64,000 nt of DNA, from contig NC_045696.1 in NCBI RefSeq assembly GCF_009834535.1, positions 15,378,001 to 15,442,000 of the forward strand. Direction: 5' to 3'. Of this stretch, positions 50,829 through 64,000 are shown piece after piece. The notes under the pieces were generated by a model. That model did no database searches. It was not told the origin of the DNA and worked only from the letters and a program-made list of their open reading frames with translations. The translations under genes and the position numbers were made by a program. The DNA is from Camelus ferus. Taxonomy: Eukaryota. The first letter of the stretch is position 1. Each line of letters begins with the position of its first letter.

Positions 50829-53800
50829 GTAGGTCCGGCCTGGGTGGGTCGATGGGGCACTGGTGTAAGGAGGTGTAGGTCAAAGGGGCAGTCTTGTTGA
50901 CAGTCTGGTTTCTCCCACGAACCGCCTGCTGCCACGGATCTGCTTACCTGCCTCTTGCAGGAAACCCAGCCAGCCTCCAACTTTGCTCCTGTATTTGGAG
51001 TAGAGCCAGCAGCAATGCCCTGAATGACCAAGCACCTGCTTAGACGATCAATCCATCAATCAGGGCGGACACCTCCAGTCTGAGATATGGTGTCATAGAT
51101 GCATGAATATGATAAAATGTGGCTAGAATGCTTGCGAAAATATGCATCGTTAAATGGGAAAAGGGGGAAAGCCAGTTTGTCTTTGGAATCAGAGATTTTC
51201 TACTTGCCAGTGAACATAAAGATAGAACTTTGTCCAACCTAATGGTCACTTTTATCCACGACCTTCCTTGGTAAATGTCCATACCTTCTTACTTAAATCC
51301 CCTTCTGTGACTTAAGCCAAAGGAAGAAATTATAAAGGAAGGACTCTTTTTTTTCAGTCTGACTTCCTAATGGACCTCTTACATGTCCAAGTGGGTGGAA
51401 TCTGGGTTCTTTGGATGGAAGGGTTTTGGGAGGGCCAGGAGGACAGAGAAACCCAATCTTGTGAAGTTCCTTAGCAACTGCTTTGCCTGGTCCTCCAGTG
51501 CACAGTAAGCACTGCTCCGCCCTCCACAGCTGCTGGTGAAGGGTCACATCCAGCTTGCACGTTTGGGTTTTGGACAAATATGTTTCTGAAGCCCCAGTGT
51601 GGAAAGATCTGGGCAAAGAGTCAAGACATGAAGGAATGTTTTCCCAGGGTTTCCCTCTTTTAAGAAAGAGGGTTACAGGAAGGGAAAGAAACTGATATTT
51701 ATAGGCCCAGAGGCTCTGGGAGGAACACAATATCCATCAAGACCACCACAGAAGTGTGACATCCAAACACAAAGTCTGGGTTGGTTGTGAGCTCATCTTG
51801 CTCAGAGCTCTGAGCCTCACTTTTCACAGCTCTACTTCTGATTGGCAGTCTTAAGTCATGCTCTCAGATGCCTGGTAAAAATGGACTTTTAAAGCTCATT
51901 CTTTAAGTGTTTGAGATCCACCCAGGATAGATGAAGGATCAGAAACTTTGAAATATTATGCAAAATCATGGTACAAAAGAGAATAACCAGAACCAGGACG
52001 GGAAATTCAGTGACAGCTTACAGGAGGTTTCAGAATCACACAGCTTCACCACCTAATTCTCCTATTTTTACTAAGGCACCCCTGGTATGAAGGAAAAGTG
52101 TTGATAAATTTGGAGTGGAGCAACACTTGTGGTTCATGGGGTGGACATAAATGTAAACCACATGTAAATAAAGACACTGGAGGGCAGTAGTTTAGGGAGA
52201 ACTGGGCAGCACACTTTGCAAGATGGAAAATCTTTCTCCTCATTAAGTGATCTCCTGGAAACCATCCTTTAATTTTTCTGCACAGCATTAATCTTTAAAA
52301 CGAAAAGGACATCCATTTTTGTAGCCTTTCATATGAAGTGAAGTTCTCCTGTAAAACTATCCCTTTCTTATTTGGTTTCCAAGTGGTTTTTTTCTGGAGG
52401 GGAGGGTGATTTTCTTCTTCTTCTTCTTCTTTTTTTTTTTTTTTTTTTTTTTTTTGGTAAGCAACTTTCCATGTCTGGATTTTTTGCTTTGCTACATCAC
52501 AAGAGGCTGCCAAGAAGGAGGCTTCAGAGAGTTTATGGAAGGAAGTTCTCTAAAGACAGAGGAAAAAATACTTTTGTAGGCATACTACTCAAAGTGTTCA
52601 CTAGAACACTTTGAACATTTTAATGGTTCACTTTCATTTTTTAATACAAATGCACATTCCATAATTTTTAAATAAATAAACATTAATAGGAGATCCAATT
52701 ACTCCCTACTTCCTGCCCCATAATTTTCCCAACTGCTCCTTAGAAAAAAGGAAAACTAGTCATTGATTCTAAATGATTTGTCTGTTGCTTTTTCTGGTTT
52801 TGTTTTTTGTTTGTTTGTTTGTTTGTTTGTTTAGATAGTTAACAATTCCTGTTTTCCAAGCTCTGAGATATATCAGTAACTTTTAAACAGATAAAGCAAG
52901 GAGGAAATAAATTACCAGCTGTCTTAATTTTAATAAGTATTATAAGAACATTCATTTTTCAAACTAGTCCACCCATGGAAAATATTTGATCTGGGCCCTC
53001 CCTGGCCTTCTTGCCAAGCAGCAGCATACTTTCAGTAAAGTAAATCTCAGTTTGTCGTTGACCCTTTGTTATCTACATCTAACTTGATGAGAACCAAGTA
53101 TCTGAAAAGCACATTATTATGAATATATGCACCTAATTTAAAGGAGTGCAATTAATTAGGGGGCTGAGAAAAACACTACGAGACTCTCATGCAATATTCA
53201 GGAGTACTTTAAAATGCAATATTAAACTCCACCTAATACTTTAGAATGTGGAAACCAAAAGGACTAGAGGAGGAATGATCTGGGGGCTTCAGTCTCATGG
53301 AAGTCAGATAGCTAAGCCCTGAAAAGAAACTTTCATGGCTATATTTTTTTTCAGTGAGAAATACCCAGAGTTGGCACCAGGATGCTACTTTTACAACTCT
53401 GTTTTGAATGTAAGAGGTACGTTGCCTAGCAGCCAGACGCCAAGCCATCAAATCCATGTTTTGATGGGCTCCTAGCACTGTTCAAATTCTATGTCCAGAT
53501 GTCTTCTCCTAAACTACTTGTTTTTCAGGCATGAAGCAAATGTGTGAGGATATGTTTTCCACCCCTGTTTACCAGCCGCGGCCACCTTGAACGTTGTGTC
53601 TGGGTGTCAGCAGAATAGCTCTAGTAATTCATTTATCAAACTAACAGGCTTCACTGTCAGGACTGTGCCCCAGTGCTCCGTGCTGTTCTAATTAACGAAA
53701 CTTAGCACCAGTCACTTTTCTGCAATCCGAGCCCTTTTCCTTCTGCAGTGGCACTTATGCTGGAATTCACACCACTTCTGCCATCAAACAGTAGAAATCC

Positions 53801-54468
53801 GATCTCCCCAGCATTTATGTTTGCTGTCCAGGATCCTTTTCTGGTTCCTGGCTTCCTCTTTTATTTTAAAATAGTTTCTTTAAAGGCAAACTCTCAGTCC
53901 CATTTTGGAGATGATGCACTATTCTTTAAAAACAAAGCACTTACCTGCTTGAGGACAAAACATGAAAATTGTTGTACATTCCCTCACCCCTGCACACCGT
54001 GAAGGAAAGCTTTACTTTTTCATGGATGGAAGCATTGGCTTGAAACTGAACCAGTTTAAGAGCTATATAATATAAAAGGTTCATTCACTTTCATTAACCA
54101 TCCATGTGCCAGTTAACAGGCAATCCTGTCTCAGCTAACAACTCTGTTCTACATTCTGCCTTCTAAAGCTGTGGTTGGGACTCCACCCAGCACCACCAGC
54201 TGTTTCCCTGTAGGATTCTGACAGTGGGGGCCCTAGAGGAAGACTGGAAGCTTGGAAAAGGGACAAGGAAGTGCTTTTTCTTATTTGCTTGTAGGCTGGA
54301 TTGACTAATTCAATCACCTGTTTGAGTTCAAATCCCATTTAAATTCAAAAGCGAACCCTTATCAAGGAATCCTAGCTGATAGGTCAATTCTAATCAATAA
54401 ATAAGTTAGAAATAGGAAGACAGGGAGCAGATTCATCAGCTCAAGTTGACATTTTAAAAATAAATTGT

Positions 54469-54545
54469 ACACACCAGAAACTGACACAACATTGTAAACT
54501 GATTATACTTCAATAAAAATATATGTACATTAAAAATAAGTAAAT
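54469..54545 (+). mobile_element. Young L1 3' tip with TSD (intron 1)
   Basis: acaccagaaactgacacaacattgtaaactgattatacttcaataaaa. TSD AAATAAATTGT at 54458-54468 and 54546-54556, at a TTTT/AAAA site. Confidence 0.85.
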
Positions 54546-54556
54546 AAATAAATTGT

Positions 54557-54755
54557 GATTGAAAATTACTGAGAGTAGGTCGTAAAAGTTTGCATCACAA
54601 GAGAAAAAAATAATAACTATGTGTGGTGATGGATGTTAAATAGACTTGCCGTGGCAATTGATTTGCTGATTTCATATATACATACATTGAATCATTATGT
54701 TGTATACCTGTGTGAACCTAACATAGTGTTGTAAGTAAATTCTGTCTTAATTAAT
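54557..54755 (+). mobile_element. Older L1MA-type 3' end (intron 1)
   Basis: ttgaaaattactgagagtag...taactatgtgtggtgatggatgttaa...atcattatgttgtatacct. Confidence 0.75.
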
Positions 54756-55795
54756 TAATCGTGAAGAATATTTTGCAAAATTTAAAGTCGATGAAATCAG
54801 AGACAGTAAACCATAGCACACAGGACATATTTCGCTGTCATCTTTCTCACATTCAGCACCTGTCTCTGAGCATTTCCTATGTGTGAGACACTCATTCAGG
54901 GAGCTGAAGTCAGCAAGATGGAAAATACCTGGTCTCTGCCCACCCCGACTTATTACCAGGGGAGAGGAAACAGATACATGCATAAATCACTCCAGTGTAA
55001 GGAAAACTCTCGTAAATGCTGTAATTGAGCTATAAACAAAGTCTGCAAAAGGAAAGAGGAGGGAACGGTCAACTGTGCCCCTGGATCTTTATACAGACTT
55101 CATTGTAAATGTAGAATTAAATTGCTCCTTGAAGGGTGGATAGATCTGATTTGGACTCAACCAGCTTTTCCTGAGCACTTCTCAAGACACTATCCACAGT
55201 CATAAACCATTTTGTAATTAATTCATTCAACAATCGGCAACCGTAGTAACAGTATTATGATTTGACAGATAAGGGCATTCATACAAAGATAAATGGAGAT
55301 AAACTTCTGAGTAACAGCTGACAAACAGCAGAGAGGGAAGGTCGTCGTGTCTAGTGGTCTCTAAAGTAAAAACATTACAATGAATGTATTCAAACATTCA
55401 ATATGTTTCTAATAGGCAAAGAGGGATTCAGAGATTTGAAAAGTGGCCCCTTTCCTAAAAATCTATTACAGGAAACAGACACGGAAATGAGTATTTGCTG
55501 TACAGCATGAAGACTTTTATAATAGATGTGGTCATTTGACATCATGGAAGTACATTAGAAGGTAGCCTAGCCCATCTGAGTTCAATCTAGAAGAAAGAGG
55601 AGAATTAGCTCAATCAGAAGGAGGAAGTAGGCATTGCAAACATGCCAGACTTCTATGTGCAATGGCCCAGAGGCAGCCTGGTGATTCTGGGAAATATAGA
55701 GGGTTAGGTGTGAAAGGACAGATGATATGAGAGTGGAAGCATGATAGATTAGTCTAGAGAAGATAACCAAGTTATAGAAGAAATTGTATGCCACG

Positions 55796-56200
55796 TGTAT
55801 TAGTCTTTTTGGACCACCATAACAAAATACCGTAGACTGGGTGATTTAAACAACTGAAACATACTTTCTCAATTCTGGAGGCTGGGAAGTTCAAGATCAA
55901 GGTTTCAGCCTATTTGATTTCTGATAAGAACTCTTCCCAGCTTGTAGACTGTTGCTTTCTCACCATGTGCTTACATGGGGGCGGAGGGGTAAAGGGGAGA
56001 GGGGTAAGATGAGAGAGAATTCTCTGGCGTCTCTTACGAGAACACTGATGCTATCTGATCAGGGCCTGCCCCCAACTTATGCTTTTACTTAACCTTAATT
56101 ACCTCCTTATTGGCGCTATCTCCAAACACAGGGACATCGGGGATTAAGGCTTCAACATATGAATTTAGACAGGGACAGGGAACACAGTTCAGTCTATAGC
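55796..56200 (-). mobile_element. MLT1A-like LTR within decayed L2 sequence (intron 1)
   Basis: tgtattagtc...ccataacaaaataccgtagactgggtg...ttctggaggctgggaagttcaagatcaagg...ggcttcaacatatgaattt...cagtctatagc. Confidence 0.88.
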
Positions 56201-57499
56201 TTAAAGAGTTTAAAGAATTTAAATTGTAAGTTAGATTTAATGAGAATCTATGGAAAGAGCGTTGACAGGAAAACAGTGTGTTCTTAAATGAGCCTTCTGG
56301 CCCAAGTAGTTGGGCTGGATCCTGTAGGAAAATCTACAGGCTATTTCAGTAATCTTCAAGGCTTCAAGAAGAGATTCAAGATGGTCTAAACTAAAGCAGT
56401 GGCATTAGAAATAGAAAAGCAGGAATGGAGTCAGTAAGTGTTTTAAAAAAAAAAAAAGTGGATATGAGTAAATTAATCCTTTCTAGCAGGAGGAATATTT
56501 GGGCTAAGGTTTAGAGCCAAAATGTTGATGAGATATGCTGAAAACGTAGACAAGATGGATCACGAAGGAGCACCGAAGGCTGACAAGAAAGCCTAGTGGA
56601 GGGTTTTATATGCCAGGCTAAGGTTGGGATGCCTTTTAAGTTTTGGAGGAATGGTGGAATCTTCTAAATCTGGGCTTTAAAAGGAAACTGACTGCAGCAT
56701 CTGGGTAGGGAAGTTACAGGAGACAAAAGGACCATTTCAAAGCCTTAGGTGATGGTCCAGGCAGGAAGGAATGAGAAAGAGAGGATAGCTACATGAGACA
56801 TTTGGTTGATGGAGTCAGTGACCTCAGTGACCAGATGCGGCAAGTGAGAGACAGGCAAGTAAATGATGTCTCCAGGTATCTTATCCAGCCCTTCCAATTT
56901 CTTGTTCTATGGAATATCTTTCTCAGTGCATTTGATATTTTCCTGTACCTCTAGATTATTGAGTTTCACCAGACACACCACAGAGATAAAGACCATGCTG
57001 TATTGTTTGTGGCAAAAAAGGAATTTGCTTGACCAAGTACAGATTATGAATGCAAAAGATAAGAGTAACGTCGAGAAACATAAATGATGATTTAACAGCA
57101 CCATGATGAAGTCAGTCCAGGAACTGGAGTGTTTAGATATCAGTCTGAATTTCAGCCTCACCCATCCCAAGTTTGCGATTTGGCCACTAATTGCCCCTGA
57201 GCTTTCATTTCTCTGTCTATAAATTGAAGTATTTCCCCCTAATACCAACACATGTGTAGCTGAAACAAACCCTAGAGACCACTTGGCCCAAAATTCTTAT
57301 GCTGTTGATGAAGGAAGGTTGTCTCAAAGTATGTAAATAGTTTATGCAATGCTTCTTACTAACAGAGTTGAAGTTAAAGCCATCTACCTTCTCATTCACT
57401 GTCTCTAATCAGCTTCCATTCCCACTGTCCAAAATGATTCTTCTGAGCATCTGCTTCACCTCCATCCCCAACTTCCTCCATCTTTCCTTCCCCTTCTTA

Positions 57500-57975
57500 C
57501 TTCACATTTATCAGAGAAAGTTTCCCATCTTGGAACTCTGGGCCCAGACTATCTTTCCAGCTATCCCTGCACAGCTTCCACCAGGCATGTCCTGTCCTCT
57601 GGCCACCGCAAAAGTGTGGTCATTTCCAGAACAACCTCTCCCTGCCTTTTCCTACCCTATGATGCATTCACTAGTCTTTCCTTGTTCGAATACCCTTGCT
57701 CTTACACTGTCAGAGTTCTTTTCATCCCTTAAGATGCAGTGACCTCCTTTAAGACACGTTGATTCTCACAGGGAGAGCTCTTCAGTTCCTCCTTGCACTC
57801 CCTCAACAGTCTGTTCAATTGCTTCTCTCATGACATGTCTTGTTTTGCTCACTAGCTCATGGTGTTTCCTAAGGATCAAGATCAGATCTCATTTTATTTA
57901 CTCACCGCAGTGTCAACGCTCAGTACAGTGTCTGGCAGGTTGTGGGCGCACAGCAGTTGTCGTAGGAATAAATTC
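57500..57975 (+). mobile_element. L2 3' fragment (intron 1)
   Basis: Pyrimidine-rich decayed L2 ending in cagtacagtgtctggcag...gtaggaataaat. Confidence 0.5.
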
Positions 57976-59264
57976 CTTCCCAAGGAAAGCGCCTCCGATC
58001 CAGCCGAGCTCTCTATGTTTGGTGTTACCTAGTTGTATCCAGAACCATGGATAGAGATTGCATAACATGCATCATCATTAATGGGTGCCTAACAGACCCA
58101 GTCAATGTGGTCTCTGCTGAAATTCAGATCAGGACCTCTGTTGTTGGAGACTTCTGTTTAAGTATCCAGGCAAGCAAATGACACCTCAAAAGTCGGATCC
58201 TAGGACACATATGAATTCTGGTGTGTAAGTGTTTGTTTGCATAATACTTATGACTGAAATATGTACCCCACCAGATTCTTCTACCACTAGTCCCTCTTCT
58301 CTAGAAAGTGGGTAGACAGATAGGTAGAGACACCCAAGACTGGTTAAACCCTCTTCTCTGCCCTTCCCTTGAACTCCAGGCTCGTCCTTACCAGGTGGTA
58401 ATGTCTATAGAAACAGCAAGTACTCTTATTTAACTCCAGATGCTCTGGCACAAGGTACTCATCCTTCGTTTTGACTGTGGTTGCTGCAGTTGTGATGATA
58501 TCTGCTCTTAACAGCCTTTGTGTTTCCTTCAGCTCCTTCTCTCAGTACATTTATGCTGCCTGAAAGACCAATCTCCCAGTCAGGACTTGAAATCCTTCAT
58601 CTCCTGTTATTTCTCCCACTTTGCACACTCATATCTGCTTAGTTTACTTTCCCCACCCAGTACTGACCACTGGGATTTTCCACGTTGTATGATTTTCTAA
58701 GCCTCTGCTTCTCAAGGTAGCGTACTTTGCTGACTCCTTGCCTCCAACTCCATCCACAAGAATAGGCCTGAGGTACCACGAGTCTGTGTAAATTCCATGA
58801 TAAATCACAGATATTCCCATAGTCATAATCCTCTAAACAGCCACGCCTGTTCACCACGTCAGTGACCTCCCTGTCAACTCTCCGTTGGTCTCACTGACCA
58901 TCGTGGCTCTATTTTTGAATTAGATGCAATGTCCCAGTCCTGTCTCCTGGCCAGGAACACACCACAATCCCACTAGTTAAATCTCTGCATGCTCTTGCTA
59001 CCCTGACATTTACTAAGAATTGTACTAAATCTTCTGTTACATTGTTGTCCACACCGTTGTTGTCTATACGATATTAATATCGTGATATGGTATTGATCCT
59101 GAGTGAAAAGGACCATCTAACATAACAAAGATGTAACTTACCTTCAGATGTAGATTGACTAAGCAGAAAAATTCTTGTCAGCGCTTTTAATTCATTTGCC
59201 TCTTATGTGGATACTGCATGTGATTTACATTTCTTTAGTGTCCTCTGCCTCCAGATTCAGAAGG

Positions 59265-59277
59265 TAGATAGATAGAT

Positions 59278-59319
<42 letters not shown>

Positions 59320-59337
59320 CAGATAGATAGATAGATG
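59265..59337. repeat. (GATA)n tetranucleotide microsatellite (intron 1)
   Basis: Direct reading, with one GAT and one GACA interruption. Confidence 0.97.
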
Positions 59338-61876
59338 CTGTTGCCCCAATATTATCCTTACTCCTGTTCTGAATTAAAAAAAAAAATCCTATAAACTTCA
59401 AATAAGGATTGCACCTGTAAATGTCATTATAAATCACCATCAGAAAATAGACATGAGTGTGATGTGATGCACCAGCTGAGTTTTAACACATTGGAGTGAA
59501 CATTGAATCACAAAGTACTGCAGGCATTCATTGTAAATCTTGAGGAAGAAACCATAACTGGGCTGCCAAGGTTTGAAATTGCATGAGTGAAACGGAAAGG
59601 TTGCCAGTTTCCAAAATTACAGTTACAGAAATGTAGACTATGGCTATGTACTCAAGGGGTTTAATCAGTGTCATTAAAAAAAAAATAACTGCTTCTGTTC
59701 ATAATTTTGTCACATGTACATATTTCCATGGCAAAAGGCCAAATGCATTCAATGCAATTCAAGGATGACAAGGAGGGTTGATGGCCTCTAATGAGCAATT
59801 GATTACCAGTAAACAGAGCTCAAGAATCCACATTAAACTCTGTTCTGAGCAAGAGGGCCATTCCCATTAGCTGTGGCTCTTCATCTAAGCTCATTAATGA
59901 AGTAAAAAGTAAGAAGGGGAAGCAATTCTTGGGTTTTATTATTTGAAGATAGCAAACCCCAAATTTTGAAGATAAACATAAATCTCGATTTAAAAAAAAA
60001 AATCGGCATGTGCAGAAATAACCAACAGTGTCTAACAATTCACTTAAACCATGACCTGGTCTTTGGTCTTAAAGCTACTAAAATGTTTGGGGGTTAAAAA
60101 TGAATTAAAACATGGATTGTACTATATAATTATCTCAAAGACTGATTGTTATGCAAAAGTGTGTTCCAATTTCAATTTTAAAAACTACTAATTTGTTCTC
60201 GACAGTTGCAATTTGAGATCCCACAGGATGACATATGAGGATGCACAGGACACTTTGGGAGGCTAGTATTGGTCTGGTGACTTGATTCACCAAGACTTCT
60301 TGGCTGAGATCTCCACTGTCTGAAGCTGTAATGACATGGTGGCCACAGTGCAATTCATCACAGCTGGGAGCTCAGAATATATGGAACACAATAAGGACCT
60401 GAAAATGTACTAGAGAGACCGTAGGGTATACCTTTTAAATATTCTTTACCATAGCAGGTCTTTTATGCAATGAAATAGAGAAGAGTTAGAAGAGTATGTT
60501 GATGTTGAGTAGGCGGCGTTGGTTATGTAGTAATAATGTCTTGTGCTGGCTTCCTGGAGTCTGCTGAGGTCTTGCTAGCACACAGCATATTAAAGGTGTG
60601 TGAGGTCTGCATTGCATCTGCCTGTATGTCATCAGAAATCATCTCAGCTGTAAGCAAATGTTTATTGAGTTCGTATCATGAGCCATAAGATATTGTGATA
60701 GCTGGGTAATAGCTGTAATGGAAAGAACACAGATTTCAAATAGTTAACAGTCATCTTTCATAGTAATTAATATTCTAAATTTTTTCTGCAATTTTTTTAT
60801 TTACTTAAGGCTTACCAGGATAGTGTCATGTTTTTGGCTATAAATATACATACTTTCAATTGCTTTTCACTGCAAAAAGTAGTCAAAAACAAGAAATTCT
60901 AATGTTCATGAGTACTCAAGTAGTGTTTAAGAGAAAGTTTATCATTACAAATCTATCATGTCAAAAAATTTGGCATGTATTTTCTCTTTATGCTTCATAA
61001 TTTAATATTGTCTTGTTGATTTCTCTTTCATCTCAACTGACAATTTGAACCATTTGTGAGGTGCGATAATGTTTCCCTTTGAAAATCTCTTCTTTTAGGG
61101 GAATGGAAAGGAATTTATTAGGGGTACGCTGCCATAGACGACAGTGGGCCACACAGTGTGAACCCTCATTTGAGAATCTCTTAAATGCTATGCAACTTCT
61201 CACCAGAAAAATGCATACACTCATTTATATTAATATTACACATATTTTCTGAGGATTGAGCAGGTTGAGAAACACTGCCTTCAATGCTACGGGAAAGAGC
61301 ACATACATTTCTGAAGATACAGACTCTGAAATCACAACTTGATTTGGAAATGAAGAGATGACCTTTTGAGAAATTATCCTTATGGATTAAAATGGAATTT
61401 TCTATCCAAATTACTAATAAATTTACGTTCTGCCATAAATATGTAGTTGGGGTTTGCCCCTGGGATGGAAAATAAATTATTAAGCCCAGCTTCCGATAAA
61501 TTTAGAATGAATTTAGGTCAGAATATTAAGGCTTTCCTAAGCATGACCCGCTGTGAAATTGATCATGGCCTAGCTATCTGCATAGACACCATACAGCTTG
61601 GTTAAGGCTGCGGCTGCTACTGCAATGGACAAGCTACAATCTTCTGACATCTTTTAAAGTGTAGTTGAGTCCAATCATCCTTTTTGTGCTTCTGGGCCCC
61701 AGAGAAGCTTGGAAGAGTCAATGCCGTTAGTTTGTCTTTGGAACATTTCCAGAGCTGAGCCAGTGACACCATACACATATCCCAGTGTTGACATCTGGGG
61801 AGAGCATGTGGCTCCACAAGGTGGCTCCTTCTGGATGGAAGTTGATTTTAATGATTTCTCTCTTTCTCCCGGGCAG

Positions 61877-62009
61877 GATTTATGTGGGCATCATTCATGT
61901 GACACCCTGGGAATGGCAGACGTCGGGACCATATGTTCTCCCGAGCGCAGCTGTGCTGTGATTGAAGATGATGGTCTCCACGCGGCTTTCACCGTGGCTC
62001 ACGAAGTTG
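61877..62009 (+). CDS. ADAMTS5: ADAMTS5 coding exon 2 (codon 369 to first base of 413): catalytic domain up to the HExGH zinc motif
   Basis: Polypyrimidine tract plus CAG acceptor (ttctctctttctcccgggcag|GAT). Encodes [45 protein letters not shown], in frame with exon 1. Donor G|GTATGC at 62009/62010; 133 nt. Confidence 0.97.
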
Positions 62010-62669
62010 GTATGCGGTGCCCGTTCTCTTCCCTGGCCAAATCAAACACTTGTAACAGCTGCAATAGGAACCAGAAGACTTGGCAGTTAATCCCAGATTT
62101 CTCCTGGTTCAGATGTGCCATTGGGGATTACATTTGTTTACATTTGCCCTTTTAGGGTTAACTAATAAGAGAGAAGGAAAGCGAAGTCAGGCACACACAG
62201 TCGATATTTCCTTTCCGACAGTGCCTTTAAAAGTTTAAGAGAAATTCGCTACTGCCACTGGCTTTGTAAGCATCCGTAAGTGACTCTTAGAATTTGTTAC
62301 AGTTGGCTATGGCACGCAGAGATGTTTCTGTTAGCAGTTACTCCATTGACTCATCCAGGGGTAATCAGTTTACACAGAAATGCATCAGGTTTTATTCCAC
62401 TGTGAGTGAGAACAGTCTGCTCCTGTCAAAGGTAATCAATAGCTTATGGGCAACATTCCTGTCTGGTTTTATAGCAAAGCAAGTGGAACAAAACCTCACA
62501 GTCATCGGGGTTTGTTTTAAAATGTCTCTTCCCTGGTTTGTTTGTCATAAGAAACTCACCTAAATCCTAACACTAGTAATTTAGGACGGAGTTGATGGTT
62601 GAGAAACATCTCCTCAATTAGGAATATGTATTTCTTAACCATTGACCTAGTCTACTAGGTATGTAAGAA

Positions 62670-62850
62670 GTTTAGTACTTAGACACGTGAGAATTAGACG
62701 CATCCAGATTCAGCTCTTTCTGAAGTGTCTTCTACCTGTGTCACGGTGGTCTTACTATTTAAACTCTCTAAGCTTCAGTTTTCATACCTGAAATATAAGA
62801 ATGACAGTGTATATTTCATTGAGTTTTTAGGGGCCATGTGTAGGTTATAG
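62670..62850 (+). mobile_element. MIR (intron 2)
   Basis: ttactatttaaactctctaagcttcagttttcatacctgaaatataagaatgac core. Confidence 0.65.
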
Positions 62851-62907
62851 TTATTATTTATATCCATATCCACGTCTGTTTTGGTTTTTAACTAGTTCAT
62901 TTACTTT

Positions 62908-63063
62908 ATATATTTTTTTAACTATAGTCAGTTTACAATGTTGTGTCAATTTCTCGTGTTCAGCACGATGCTTCAGTACTATAGAAACATACATATATTC
63001 ATTTTTATATTCTTTTTCACCATAAGTTACTACAAGATATCAAATATGGTTCCCTGTTCTATA
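62908..63063 (-). mobile_element. Young L1 3' tip with TSD (intron 2)
   Basis: tatagtcagtttacaatgttgtgtcaatttc... TSD CATTTACTTT at 62898-62907 and 63064-63073. Confidence 0.88.
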
Positions 63064-64000
63064 CATTTACTTTTTAATATATCACCTTTTAGCATTATCT
63101 TTTGGGGGCAAAGTATGGTTTGATAATTATTGTACTTTTCTTTGCTATATTTGATTAAACAGATTTAGTTTTCTTCAGCCAAAATCATCATTTTTAAATA
63201 GAAATTAAAACTTTTTTTTTCCATATTCCTCATAAGCAGAGAAAGTTTCACAATGTGTTGATTTTGGGCTGCTATGTTTTCTTTGGGGACTTAAAATAAC
63301 TTCACATCAAAAGTATAATTGCATAAGTCGGTGTATCAGAGCAGTAAAATAGAAATCAGTAGTTAAATTCCAATTCTCTTGTGTTAATCATGACCTTAGT
63401 TTTCTTAACTGACGCCCTTGGGCCATCTAAGCAGAAAAAACCACAAACATAACCACAAAACCACCAATAGCATCACTGATAATAATTCAGTTTAACCCTT
63501 TATTAATTGAGCACCTTTAGCTTCAAGATGGAGTCCCAGCTCTGTTTCCATGTCCTGTTTTATCAGAGGCAAGAGATTCAGATGCTCCATCTCCATATCT
63601 TCCCTAGTAGGTGGAATCAATGAGGCACAGCTCCCTGGTGGCTGCACTAGAAGACCTGGTGTGCCTGGAAATGTTTTTAAAACACAAACCCCATTCCGTG
63701 TGAACTTCAGGGTTGGCGTTGTGTCTTCACCTCTCTCTCACTCATGCCTGTTCAACTAACTGATAAAAATTCAGCCTAACTTTGATTCTTCATCAATGTT
63801 TATTAGATATCTATGTGTGTACAGGAATGAGTGGGAGAAACACAAGAAGCCTCCAAGACAACATTCCACTTTTGCAGCAAAGCTAAGAATTAGTTCAAAT
63901 ACTCAAGAGCATTGTAATTACGTAGCTAGAGATGATTTTAAAAGTGTGCCAGTAGTTCATCAGCATTATTCAGAGTGGGAGAAGTCCCATAGGAAAAGTT

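Larger units (their letters stand above)
48170..50900. promoter_or_regulatory. CpG island covering the ADAMTS5 promoter and exon 1
   Basis: Abrupt rise in GC and CpG density against the AT-rich, CpG-depleted flanks. Contains inverted CCAAT (ATTGG 48713-48717), GC-box-like CCCGCCCTCCCC (~48899-48910) and TATAAA (49024-49029). Confidence 0.9.
50829..61876 (+). other. ADAMTS5: ADAMTS5 intron 1 (11,048 bp, GT-AG, phase 0)
   Basis: Bounded by GTAGGT and CAG; joining the exons gives the continuous reading ...LFTRE|DLCG... Confidence 0.95.

Noticed and set aside
50829..50900. C-terminal extension VGPAWVGRWG... of the 391-aa ORF
   Set aside because: Read-through into intron 1 past the GT donor; the real frame continues in exon 2.
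59068..59083. Perfect 16-bp palindrome ACGATATTAATATCGT
   Set aside because: About one such palindrome is expected by chance in 64 kb (4^-8 per position), and there is no supporting context.
61709..62155. 148-aa ORF as a stand-alone gene
   Set aside because: Only 61877-62009 is exon 2; the flanks are intronic.
62565..62586. Short hairpin TCCTAA...TTAGGA in intron 2, considered as a possible intronic miRNA
   Set aside because: Only a 6-bp stem; no pre-miRNA-length hairpin is visible.
1..64000. CRISPR array, operon or other prokaryote-like novel system
   Set aside because: No regularly spaced repeat-spacer array and no dense ORF cluster. The window is a repeat-rich mammalian locus with one spliced gene.

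Overview
Mammalian genomic DNA, most likely camelid: it carries several ~130-150 bp tRNA-Ala-like SINEs of the vic-1 type, and I saw no Alu, B1 or Bov-tA elements. The only protein-coding gene is the 5' part of ADAMTS5 (aggrecanase-2) on the + strand. It comprises a CpG-island promoter, a ~700-nt 5'UTR, coding exon 1 (49725-50828), an 11,048-bp intron 1 and exon 2 (61877-62009), and the gene continues beyond the window. The first ~48 kb is gene-free and filled with decayed L1, L2, MIR, MaLR/ERVL/ERV1 LTRs, MER5-like DNA elements, SINEs and microsatellites. I see no evidence of a new multi-gene biological system. The most interesting signals are small-scale. They include an HEVG variant of the ADAMTS5 zinc motif, three uORFs, and promoter kB/G4 motifs. 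Others are an exact 46-bp dispersed duplication with a repair-scar-like junction, an apparently L1-retroposed polyadenylated MaLR LTR copy, an older MIR-containing fragment captured inside a younger LTR, an LTR element with mismatched LTRs, twin-primed L1 inversions and a solo poly(A) insertion. Repeat subfamily names and human comparisons are from memory and need RepeatMasker/BLAST confirmation.
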